From Podarcis liolepis (lineage: Eukaryota): a stretch of 64,000 nt of DNA. How positions within the stretch are numbered: the stretch's first letter is position 1; the number at the start of each line of letters is the position of its first letter. This document shows positions 14,546 through 25,272 of the stretch, one piece after another. Both the position numbers and the translations under genes were made by a program. Below the pieces are notes generated by a model. The model saw only the letters and a program-made list of their open reading frames with translations, searched no databases and had not been told where the DNA came from. Where the stretch lies: the NCBI GenBank assembly GCA_965112155.1, contig OZ218103.1; one strand, given 5' to 3'.

Positions 14546-15299
14546 CCATATTTTTCGCCCTATAAGACGCACTTGTTCCCTCCTCCAAAAATGAAGGGGA
14601 AATGTGTGTTCGTCTTATGGGGCGAATGCAGGCTCCTTGGCTTCAGCGATAGCAACGCAAAGCCTCCGAAGCCTGCGCTCCGGAGGCTTTGCATTGCTTC
14701 CGCTGAAGCCAGGAGAGTCTGCTCTTTGAGGCTGGCGGTGGGGAAAAGCAGTGCCTCCTCCATCGCCAGCCCCAGAGGATGGGGGGCAGCGGGAAGGTGC
14801 GCGACGCCTTCCTGCTACTCTCCGACCCGGGTTGGAGGCTGGCGGTGGGGAAAGCAGCGCTTCCCCCATGGCCAGCCCCAGAGGATGGGGGGCAGCGGGA
14901 AGGCGTGCGATGCCTTCCCGCTACTCTCTGACCCGGCTTTGAGGCTGGCGGTGGGGAAAGCAGCGCTTCCCCCATGGCCAGCCCCAGAGGATCTCTTGGG
15001 GGCTTTTCCCCGAGGAGGGAGAAGGGACTGACTGGTCGTTTCAGTCCCTTTTCCCTCCTGGTTGAAAAGCCCGTAGGAGTCGCGCACAGCTCCTGTGGGC
15101 TTTTGCGGGAGGTGAGGGAATTCCGCCACCTCCTGCAAAATCAGGGAGAAGGTCTTGGAGTAGCGCACAGGCTGCGTGCAACCTGTCCGCTGCTCCCAGA
15201 GCTGCGGGGGGGGGAAATCATATTTTTTCCCTTGATTTCCCCCCCTGAAAACTAGGTGCGTCCTATGGGCTGGTGCGTCCAATAGGGCGAAAAATACGG
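14546..15299. mobile_element. Tc1/mariner-superfamily (Tc2/pogo-like) MITE with internal hairpin and ~107-bp tandem repeat
   Basis: TA|CCATATTTTTCGCCCTATAAGACGCAC ... GTGCGTCCAATAGGGCGAAAAATACGG|TA; same subterminal sequence as the 13183 element; CpG-rich, suggesting a young copy. Confidence 0.9.
14728..14992. repeat. ~106-107-bp GC-rich tandem repeat, ~2.5 copies, inside MITE
   Basis: Unit start GAGGCTGGCGGTGGGGAAA recurs at 14728, 14835 and 14941. Confidence 0.92.
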
Positions 15300-15385
15300 T
15301 AACTGATTTTTGACCATTAGCTCCCTGCTAATTTTGTTACGCCTGATTTTCTTAATAGAAAATAAGCCAAGGGCATACTTAAGAC

Positions 15386-15539
15386 CAGGCCCGTGCAGAG
15401 TGGGGGGCAGCCAGCTTCACTTGCCCTGGGCCTCAGAGGCCTAAGTCGGCCACAGACCGGCTGCTTTTTTGTTTGAGTTCATAGCTTTATTCTAACAAAA
15501 CTCCTGTCCTGGGCCTCAGACAAGCTCTGTGTGGGCTTG
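15386..15539. mobile_element. hAT MITE (154 bp)
   Basis: Ends CAGGCCC / GGGCTTG; perfect 8-bp TSD CTTAAGAC at 15378-15385 and 15540-15547. Confidence 0.85.
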
Positions 15540-16261
15540 CTTAAGACCCAGTATAATTATGCAACATTTAGCTTCTAATACATTATATTTGTGGGCTTTC
15601 ATTATGTAATTCATATAAATTCAACCAAGGAATCATTGATGTGTCCTTCTGGGTAAGAAAATGTGATGCTCTCGGATAGCCCTTCATTGCCCTGCTTTTC
15701 CTCCAAGCTAGTTCTGACTTGCCATCCACTAAGCTTTTAGTTTCTGATCCCATCCACCCTGGGACAGAAAAAAAAAGCTCCTCTGAAGCCTGATGTTCTA
15801 TGTTCTTCTCCAGAACCTTTTCAGGATATCTGCAAAGAACTGGAATGGATCATTGCTCCTATGGTGAGTTGGGACACCCCCTTGTACTTCAGCTGGCCAG
15901 ATCTGTTTCTTACTCCTTAAGAATGCAGGACCCAATTAATAGAAAGTTTTGACTCAAAGGAAAGCTTAGAAAGCTTACATGGAATAAGGAGAATAAGTAA
16001 ATTACAAGAGAAAATTGAATGAGAGCAAGCACACTGCACTTTCTGTGTTCTCTTCTAATGGCCTTTGCTGTGTGCTGCTTTAAGATGCAAAAGCCAAGCC
16101 TCAACCCCAGGCACTTTTTGTTTTGCTATGGGCTGAGCCTTGTGCCTTCTCCTGTCCATGTGTTAGTCGCACAGCATACATTTCTACTGTTTCAGAATAG
16201 CCCTGTCTTCCTCTCTTTTTTGCCTCATTTCAGCACTCAGCAAAGTGAAACGAGCTGAGTA

Positions 16262-16502
16262 CAGTGGTACCTCGGGTTAAGTACTTCATTCGTTCTGGAG
16301 GTCCGTTCTTAACCTGAAACTGTTCTTAACCTGAAGCAGCACTTTAGCTAATGGGACCTCCCACTTCTGCTGTGCCACCGCCACGCGATTTCTGTTCTCA
16401 TCCTGAAGCAAAGTTCTTAACCCGAGGTACTATTCTGGGTTAGCAGAGTCTGTAACCTGAAGCATCTGTAACCTGAAGCATATGTAACCCGAGGTACCAC
16501 TG
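16262..16502. mobile_element. Tigger/pogo-like MITE
   Basis: TA|CAGTGGTACCTCGGGTTA ... TAACCCGAGGTACCACTG|TA: 18-bp perfect TIR with TA TSD; internal TAACCTGAAG repeats. Confidence 0.92.
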
Positions 16503-19094
16503 TATCAGCATGGACATCCATGCATACATTGGATTCTCTTGGAAGAGGAAGGAACTAGTTTTACCCAGTCAATAGAAATGTGAACCTTCCTTGCCTATTA
16601 TGAGTTGTGGACTGACCAGTCAACTATTGGGAGACAGACTATCCAGCTGCTGGTTCTAAATATGTATACATGTGCACAAAGATGTGTGAGAGATTCATGC
16701 ATACAGGAAGAATGTCATGGGCATAGAATCATGAAGTAAGGCTGACCTATCTAGAGTAAGATGAAATGATTGAAACATTGCACTAAGGAAATTACGTTTG
16801 GCAGGCATCAAGACCAAAATGTAATGACGGACTTTTGAACATTTTGCTTTAAAGAGAATTAGACTACCAGGATTGCATGTTTTATCTTCAAGTCTGTCAA
16901 AGGTTTTGGCTCTGAATTAAAGCTCAAGATTATTAATATTATTATTTTTAACAATTTGGAGGCATTTGACTCAACAGCTACCTTCTGTATGCCCTCTAAA
17001 CCTGTTCTAGGGGTTTCTCCAACCCTGCAGAATGGATTTGCTCAGTGGGGAACATGCAGGAAGGGGAAAGAGAAGTTCCATTGAGCAGGGAGAAATTTGT
17101 TCACTTACAGAATGAGCTAATTGAGTGCTGCTCTATAGACATTGTGTTTAAATATAAATCTGCTTGATTAATCAGGCATCTTTGATTCAGTCTCTGATTA
17201 TTTTTTAATCTATTAAGCGTTGTAGCCCTAGAGATGATTATTTTCCTCTGAAGCCACTGCCGCTTGCCTAAACATTGAAGTTTTTTTAAAAAAATTCACT
17301 TAATGTACATACTGAATTTGATACCTCGAAATCATGTTTAAATGTGATTATTGACGTACTTCCCTTCAGTGAAATGAAGAGAATCAAAGAGGTCAGTTGC
17401 AAAAATGAGCTTCCAGTTTGGAGGGTTTATTGTCAAAGGTGAACCTTCTTGCATAACATCTCTGCTGCCTTCTGTGAGGAGATGCAGACACTAGAAGGAA
17501 ATCACAGATAAAGGCTATCTAGCAGAAAAATACCCAGCAGCAAGGCATTAACTGTTGCCTAAGCAAGATTAGTTATTCTTATTAGTTGAGACATATCTTT
17601 TCTAACTTTTCCCTCCTTTATGTCTCCTAGAGACAGCATTGGTTTCCTCCTTTGTTTACTGCCATCAGCGTGAGTCATCTTGCATGCTGAAAGTTGATTT
17701 GCACATCCAATTTTACTCTTTAACTTGCACTCTTGTCTGACCACATCAGTTTTTGTGTTTCCATGCTTGGGAGTCCCATGACAGTCATAACAGGCAAACC
17801 AATGTTAAATGTTTGTTTTGGGAGTAACAGAAAGGGAATTTGGGAGGATCTACCGATGCATGGAATAGCTGAAACTTGCTAGGATTTTTTAATAAAAAAA
17901 TTAAGCCTAGAAGTGAATTAGTAGTGGCTTTATAACTTTTATCATAATTCCTCTGTCAGCTGTTGACAGATCTTGCGCATGCCTTGGCTACAGCTTTGGC
18001 GGTTTTCTGTGGAAATCTAAACGTTTCCTGTTTAATTGATATTGAAAAGATTAATGTGCCAGATCCCATGAGTGCTTAAAACAACTTTCCCTCTAAGATG
18101 CCTCTTGGTTTTCCTTATGCCTTTACCAATTCATCTGCCTAGTTAAGTTTCCATAATGGTAATTTAAGGCTGCAAGGCTGGCCTAAGAAGTGATGATATT
18201 TGAAGCAGCAGTTCCCTCAGAAGGACATTTAGGGCACAAGGATGTCAATTTTGTACAAATGTGTACTTATGGATACTTGGCCATAACTGACATAATTTGT
18301 GTATAACTCATAGAATAGATCTTATTTTTAACATATTTATTATTACTTGGCTCTCTATCCAGAATATCGAACATATTTCAAATTAGACGCTGTAACAAGC
18401 TAGAAAAATACCTATCATGCTCCTGGTTTCTTCTGGGAAGCATATTGGAGCTGCTGAGTGTGCCTAGGATTGTGTATAATGAATTGCTGTGTCTGATGTA
18501 AAATAATACCGTATATCTAAAGCTCAAGCAGATATTAACTGACTCAGGAAGGGTATCTCAGAATCTATTACAGCATTTAACTGTTCATGTACTTATAAAA
18601 ATATCTGGATCAAAGGAGCACAAGGCAATTTACATAATATCAAATGCATGGTGTAAAGAGCTTAATTGAATGGGAGTCATCGGAGGGGATTTCAAAAGTT
18701 ATGGACTTGGCAGGTGCTTGAATTCAAGGAGGGGCTAAGGCCTAATTCTCACTTAAATATCTCTAAATTTTTCTCTTGGCTTTACCACATCATCTGCCTA
18801 GTTAAATTTCCATAACCATAAACCTATGTCTCAGTTGTACCAGTTCAGAATGCACATGACTGCTTAGACTGATGCTTCTCTGTACAGAAACTTCCCTCTG
18901 TTTAGAAAAGTAGATGTTTGGGAGAATGTGTTGCAGAAAAGCCTTCCATTATGAGCCTGTATCCTGCAGTCTGAAGTGGTGCAGAGTTGTAGAATATATG
19001 CAGGTTTATGGCCTCATTAAAATCTAGGCCTAACTATCTGGCACACTGAGAGTATAAAACACTGATCAGTTGCTTCGCTGAAGAGCCTTCTAGG

Positions 19095-19278
19095 CAGTAG
19101 TTCCCGATTGGCTAAGTACCGTGGACCCCGTTTTTCAAAAGCCAAGCCATGGACCCTCCTACTTTTGAAAGTTTTGATATCTGTGTGATAGTTTTTGTTA
19201 TGTGAGTGGTGCCACAGACCACCTGGATAGGTTATGCAGACTCCCAGGGGTCCAGGGACCACCAGTTGGGAACCACTG
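19095..19278. mobile_element. hAT (Charlie-like) MITE, degenerate
   Basis: TIRs CAGTAGTTCCC / GGGAACCACTG flanked by (C)TTCTAGG and TTCTAGAG, a TCTAGA-type target. Confidence 0.7.
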
Positions 19279-19819
19279 TTCTAGAGGAATTAGGTCACAT
19301 TCTTGTTGCTGGTTTCCTGTTTGCTCTGTGTACATTGCCCAGGGGGTGGGTGCGGGTGGAGTGGTATTTCCTACTATAATGTGCTTACACTTGTTTAAGA
19401 AACAAAAGATAAATCCCATAGGAATGAAAAAAGGGCCTTTTCTACATAGGGTTTTAAAAATTGCCCCCAAACTGTCTTACTGACCCAAGTGCCCTCCAAC
19501 TGTTTTTGGGTTATGTAATTTACCATTCCTGATAATTGGCCATGAGATCTGGGAGTCCAAAACATATTGAGGGCACTAGATTTGGGAAAGGCAGCCCTGA
19601 AAACATTATTTTTTCTTCTTCTCATTTAGAAGCATTTTCTGAATTTCTTCATTAAAAACAAAAGGAAATAAGTAAGTGCTTTGTGTCTTTCTCCAATTCC
19701 ACTTGAATGCAGGTAGGGGAGGTTTCTTGTTGTAGATGACGAATGGGTGAAGTGTCAGCTGCAAAGCTCGGGTTGCTACAGCCTTAATGTTAAAATCCTA
19801 TTGCTTTTGCTGCCTATAG

Positions 19820-20483
19820 GAAGTGGACATTGTGGTAGCTCCGTGTCGGGGATTCCAGTCAGCCGAAGTCACTTTGGGAGAATACGTGAACCATTTCCTT
19901 CCAGTCATCACGTTTGCTATCAGTGAGGCAGAACTCTCCACGCTGGATGTGAATGAACTGCAGGAGATTAAAGAGAAATTCTCTCTGCCCGTCTTCTTTT
20001 TCAAAGTGCCAAATTTGGGTGCGGAACTGATATCCCCTCAGAATGCGGAGAATGAAAAGTCGTCCCTTTACCGGCAGCTGCTTGATTTAGGCTACCTTAG
20101 TACGAACCATTGCAGCTGTGGAGCTCCCAGCTCTGATGCCAAAGCCCAGAGCATGCTGGTGGAACAATCGGATAAGATCCGTCTTCTTAGCACTTTCTCC
20201 AGGCAGGTGCTGCAGCAGCGCTTGGTGGATGCAGCGACCGTCTTGAACCTAGTGCACTGCCGTTGCCTGGACATTTTCATCAACCAGGCCTTTGATATGC
20301 AACGAGACCTTCAGATCACTCCAAAGCGTCTAGAGTACACACGGAAAAAAGAGAACGAGCTGTATGAATCTCTGATGCTCATAGCTAACCGCAAACAAGA
20401 GGAGATGAAGGACATGATCATTGAGACTCTCAATAACATGAAAGAAGAACTGCTGGAAGATGCTGCTAATATGGAATTCAAAG
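19820..20483 (+). CDS. DSTYK: DSTYK exon 3
   Basis: tatag|GAA..AAAG|gtaatt, 664 nt; [56 protein letters not shown]. Confidence 0.97.
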
Positions 20484-21219
20484 GTAATTTCCGGGAAAAC
20501 CAAAAGCCTTAAAAATGTTGTTGGACTCCAACTCCTATCAGTATCAGTCAGCATGGTCAGAGACGATGAGGGGTTTAGTCCAACAAGAACTGGAGGCTGT
20601 GGGTCAGGTACCTCGGTTTTCAACTTCTTTCACCTGCTGCGTGCATGCACTTCAACTCTGAGCAAGCCGTTGTACGGTGAAATTCTTCATCAGATATCTC
20701 TCCCCCCCCCCAATAATCTGTAAAGAATGTCAGCATAGAGTGTCGTAATGTGTTTAGCTAAAACGTCAAACTTTGCAGATATTTGTATCCAAGTGAACAA
20801 GATTTGATTGTCTTAAAAGCTTGTAAACATCTCTTGAATACAGTTTCATAACTGTAATCAAAAGTGTGACCCAACCTGGGTATAAACACTTAAAACAACT
20901 CACTTTTATATATTTCTACTCAGAGGTGAATCCTGTTGCATTCAGTGGGTATTCCCAGGTACCTGGTATAAGATTACATCTTGTCACACTGAACTAAATT
21001 GGAAAGATTTAAGCCAATGCTTAGCTCCCCATTGACATCAAAGGATCAAAGTGATTAATTTATTGCAATGTTTCAGAACCAATCCAGTCCAGCTAGTGAG
21101 GCTTTCATTGCACTTTAGTCATTAAATTTACTTTACATTAGTTCTGGGTGGCTGCTAATATGCTGGAATTGTGAAATTATGCTTCTTTTCAATCTTGGAT
21201 TTCCTTTTGTTCCCTCTAG

Positions 21220-21455
21220 ATATTATAGTTCCTGAAAACGGAGAGCCTATTAGTTCCAGAGATGTTAAATGTTGCATTAAGCAAATCCAAGAACTGATAA
21301 TATCACGGTTAAACCAAGCAGTTGCCAACAAGTTGATAAATTCTGTGGACTATCTGCGGGAGAGCTTTGTGGGAACTCTGGAAAGATGTCTGAAGAGTCT
21401 GGAGAAATCTCAGCAAGATGTTACAGTACATATCACAAGCAACTATCTAAAGCAG
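21220..21455 (+). CDS. DSTYK: DSTYK exon 4
   Basis: ctctag|AT..CAG|gtaaaa, 236 nt; [44 protein letters not shown]. Confidence 0.96.
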
Positions 21456-21757
21456 GTAAAAGTAACACAAAATTACTGACCTGGTATTGCAGATCAGTTT
21501 CTAGAATGTTGGCTGTAGCCTGTAATCAGTGGTGACAAAGTGAATTGGTAAAATAATTTGATATCTTTTGTGTTATGGCGCCAAACAGATTTTTGCTTTA
21601 AGTTGTAATTTAAGGAAAGAATTTGAGCTCATTGCCATTCTTCCAGATTACAAATGAAGACACTGGCTTTTAAGGTATTATATTTGTTTGCTTAATCTAC
21701 CGAATAAGCAATTCCTTCAGTTTTCAGTGGCTTATTTAATATATTTTCTGCTTATAG

Positions 21758-21841
21758 ATACTGAATGCAGCCTACAATGTTGAGATCACCTTTCACTCCG
21801 GTTCAACAGTATCTAGAATGCTATGGGAACAAATCAAGCAG
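21758..21841 (+). CDS. DSTYK: DSTYK exon 5
   Basis: tatag|ATA..CAG|gtatta, 84 nt; [28 protein letters not shown]. Not in the ORF track. Confidence 0.95.
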
Positions 21842-22634
21842 GTATTAAATATTCTGATAGTAAAAGCTCTCTCCTGGTAACTGTCATGGGACCTTATCTT
21901 TGGTAGATCTGCCTTTGTCTGTACCGTCCTTTGAGTCTCTCTGTCCCTCAACTGACATGTTAGCAGCTATTCCAGCAAGCTGCCTTAATAGGGAAGATGG
22001 GAAGCAGGGCTTATTCTATCAGCTCTGCTGAAATTCCAGCTCCATAAAGAATCTCCATTCTAGTTGGTCATTAGAAGAACTACTGTTTAGGAATTGGCAC
22101 ATGGTTTTGCTTTTTTCCTCCTCCCTTCCTATTCCTTTTTCCTTGTGTGTTGTGTTTTTGTGTGGATGTTGGCTTGTTTTTATAAACCTGCAGGCCATCC
22201 TGTTTAAACTGACTGAATGTCAGTGGCTTTGGGAGCATTTTCAGCTGAGGAATGTGGTAAAAATGCTGCAATATCACCCACATACCCATACCACAGTTGC
22301 AAACAAACAACTTGTATTCTCATTCGCTCATTCCCCATTATTCTGATTTTCATGTTATTTGGCCTGTATGGTGGGTGACATCTAATGATGTCTACCTGCT
22401 TGCACAGCAGAAATTTACTTACACAACTGGGTGTGCTGTTTCTATTCTTCTCCCACAACTCAGCTGAAATGTGCTCCAGAGGGTCTCCTAGCCCTCCTGT
22501 GAAGGTTTGGGGGGCACATGGCAAGCTGCTGGGGAGAGAAGAAATACCACCACATGCCCTACCTTGGGCAGGTGAAACTGAAAGTAGACTTTTTAATGCT
22601 TGAGTTTTGACAATGAGACATATGTCTTATTCAG

Positions 22635-22811
22635 ATAATACAGCGGATTACTTGGGTGAGCCCACCAGCTATCACCACAGAGTGGAAAAGGAAAGTAGCT
22701 CAGGATGCCATTGAGAGTCTCAGCGCATCAAGGCTGGCCAAGAGCATCTGTAGCCAGTTCCGAACAAGACTATACATTTCTCATGATGCTTTTGCAGCTT
22801 CCTTGCGACAG
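22635..22811 (+). CDS. DSTYK: DSTYK exon 6
   Basis: ttcag|ATA..CAG|gtcagt, 177 nt; [52 protein letters not shown]. Confidence 0.96.
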
Positions 22812-23333
22812 GTCAGTTGGATTGTTGTTCATCACAGTTCTCTTTAGATGAAACTTAACCATTTTTCAAATAGTTGACAATTGCCTGCCTATTCTCTGTC
22901 TACTCCTTGCCACTAAAAAAAGAAGGAGAAGCAGAAGTCACACAGGTGCTCTGCTGTTTCTTCTGACTTTTTAAGACAGGCAAAAATGGCTTTAAAAGCA
23001 CTAGCAGTTCTTGTTCTATGGGACTGGAGGACCATTGGGTCATTATTGCAATTGCTTCAACTAGGGGCATTTTAATGGTGATAGAGGTCGAAGTGACCAC
23101 ACAATAGGGTTCATTCTCCAACTCACAAAAGTGCCTGAGAATGTGCCTTTTTTGGCGGTGTCATGTTGAGCTTTAAAGAACTAAATGAGCCAGCTATAGT
23201 AGTGGTCTCTGAAAGCTATGGAGAAGTTGAGAGTGCTGCCTTTTCTCTGCCTTCCTAGGTACTATGAACCTCTGTTGATGGGAAACTGCACCTTTTTATA
23301 TAGTTTTGCTAGACTAATGAGGCAACACAAGGG

Positions 23334-23406
23334 CTGTGGATAGCTCAGTTGGTAGAACATGAGACTCTTAATCTCAGGGTTGTGAGTTCAAGCCCCATGT
23401 TGGGCA
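23334..23406 (+). mobile_element. tRNA-Lys(CTT)-derived SINE head (tRNA pseudogene-like)
   Basis: TAGCTCAGTTGGTAGAACATGAGACTCTTAATCTCAGGGTTGTGAGTTCAAGCCCCATGTTGGGCA closely follows vertebrate tRNA-Lys-CTT (anticodon at 23367-23369). Shows CpG decay and a broken acceptor stem. Confidence 0.85.
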
Positions 23407-23785
23407 ATATATTCAAATAACATGACCTGAAAATCTTAGGGCAGGATTCTCCTAATGAGCTCTTTACCTAACGGCTTCCACTAGTGCGATAAGGCTTTCC
23501 TCCCCAATCCTCCTGTGCATCTTTACACCCTCTGAAATTGGTTCTGGGGGGTTGGGGGGAACCCACAGAACAGTGTGTGGGAGGAGAGGGGGAATTGTTT
23601 CATCTAGCAAGCTGAAATGCTTCGCAAGGGGAACATTTGTCACAGCATTCCATCCATGTAGTTCATAGAGGTTTTATTCACAAGGGAAAAAAAGTTATAT
23701 GCCTTTTGCCCAGAAGAGCAGCTTAGAAAGAGAATATGTCCTAGCACATTCTCCATGGGCTATGATCACATGAATATGCAGGTGT

Positions 23786-23876
23786 TTGGGGCAAAAAGAT
23801 TCCTGCACTGCGGGGGGGGGGGGGGACTAGAGTCCCCTTGTGGTCCCTTCCGGCTCTAGAATTCTGTGATTCTATA
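23786..23876 (+). mobile_element. CR1-type 3' tail of a tRNA-Lys/CR1 SINE
   Basis: TTGGGGCAAAAAGATTCCTGCACTGC-G14-ACTAGA..GGTCCCTTCC..CTCT..ATTCTGTGATTCTAT: CR1 3' end with ATTCTRTG octamer repeats. Confidence 0.8.
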
Positions 23877-24038
23877 ATCCATGGAAATGAATATTCTACA
23901 GAACAAACATTTTAAAATGAGAGCCTGTTTCATTCTTTAGCAAAGAGGAAATAGGGGAGCAGGTTTTGGGAATTCAGTTCTAGGTGTGACCAGCAGGACA
24001 GCAAAACCTTACTTAAATTTGGCCTTCTGTTTTGTTAG

Positions 24039-24168
24039 CTAGAGGCTGGCCACTCGGGCAGGCTGGAGAAGACAGAAGATCTTTGGCTGAAGGTGCGAAA
24101 AGACCATGCCCCTCGGCTTGCCCGCCTCTCACTGGAAAGCAGGTCCTTACAGGATGTTTTGTTACATG
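24039..24168 (+). CDS. DSTYK: DSTYK exon 7
   Basis: gttag|CTA..CATG|gtgagc, 130 nt; [43 protein letters not shown]. Confidence 0.96.
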
Positions 24169-24425
24169 GTGAGCAGTGCCTTGTCTGCACATCTCATTTT
24201 ATTGATGACTTTCCAGAAGCTTCTTACGAAACAAAGAGACTTGTTCTGTACTGTTCCAAACACACTGAGGGAATGAATCCTGAGGAATTCATGCTACTGG
24301 GGAGGGACGGAGGGACATAGAAAACATGTTGACAATAAAAATTATGGGAAATCAGTAAAAAAATAATTGGCTAAAAATAAAATAGAAAGAGAAAACAAGT
24401 TGACAAGCAGGTGCTTATATTTCAG

Positions 24426-24582
24426 GTAAACCAAAGCTAGGCCGTGAGCTGGGCCGAGGGCAGTATGGAGTGGTGTACTTGTGCAATGCCTGGGGGGGCC
24501 ACTTCCCTTGTGCCCTCAAATCTGTTGTTCCACCAGATGAGAAGCACTGGAATGACCTTGCACTTGAGTTTCACTATATGAG
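24426..24582 (+). CDS. DSTYK: DSTYK exon 8 (kinase Gly-loop and catalytic Lys)
   Basis: ttcag|GT..AG|gtaggt, 157 nt; [44 protein letters not shown]. Confidence 0.96.
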
Positions 24583-25139
24583 GTAGGTGGCATTAAACTC
24601 TTCCGTAATAAACATACATTAACCTGGCAGCTTAACTATATTTTGTAGAGTGGTTCGACAGAGTCTGATGACTGACACAAAATTCCTCTCATATATGCAC
24701 AAAGGGCTATTTGGAACCTTCTTAAGTCAAACCATGGCAATATAAAATAATGATGTTGAGTTGATACTTGTCTTCATACTCTGAAGAATTAGGTTGCCTA
24801 TGTCATCCTTCTCCAATATGGCATCCTCTAGATGATTGGCTAAAACTCCAATCAGCCTCAGCTAGCATGGTAAATGGCATGGGATGGGGAAGGTTGCAGT
24901 TCAAAAACACCTAGGAAGTGCAGCAGTTGGGGAAAGCTGGCATTTGCTATATCTTGAAACTGCACATTTCTATTGCATATCTAGCTTGCACAGTTATTCT
25001 GTTAACATGAATAGTCATTTGGAAATAATGGTGTGTGCCTTGTATGTTTTCCTAGAACAGGGGACTGGGGGGAAATGCCTTATCTCCTTAGAAGACATAA
25101 ATCCATTAGTATTGACTCTTTTGCTGCATCTTTCTCCAG

Positions 25140-25272
25140 ATCTTTACCAAAGCATGAGCGGTTGGTAGATCTTCATGGATCAGTGATAGATTATGGGTAT
25201 GGTGGAGGTTCCAGCATTGCTGTTCTACTGATAATGGAACAATTGCACAGAGACCTCTATACAGGATTAAAG
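25140..25272 (+). CDS. DSTYK: DSTYK exon 9
   Basis: ctccag|A..AAG|gtgagg, 133 nt; [44 protein letters not shown]. Confidence 0.96.

Noticed and set aside
14560-15282. Cluster of overlapping 60-155-aa ORFs and CpG-rich sequence suggesting a gene or promoter
   Set aside because: Entirely inside a TIR/TA-bounded MITE with a GC-rich tandem repeat; the scarcity of stop codons is compositional.
14728-16502. CRISPR-like repeat arrays
   Set aside because: The repeats are tandem or subterminal transposon repeats without unique spacers; the context is vertebrate and there are no cas genes.
23334-23406. Functional tRNA-Lys(CTT) gene
   Set aside because: Acceptor stem does not pair, CpG sites are decayed, there is no immediate oligo-T terminator, and a CR1-type SINE tail lies downstream. 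It is a SINE head.
24421-24431. CAG|GTAAAC at the exon 8 acceptor as a recursive splice site
   Set aside because: Intron 7 is only 257 nt and the GT is dictated by a Gly codon; recursive splicing is associated with very long introns.
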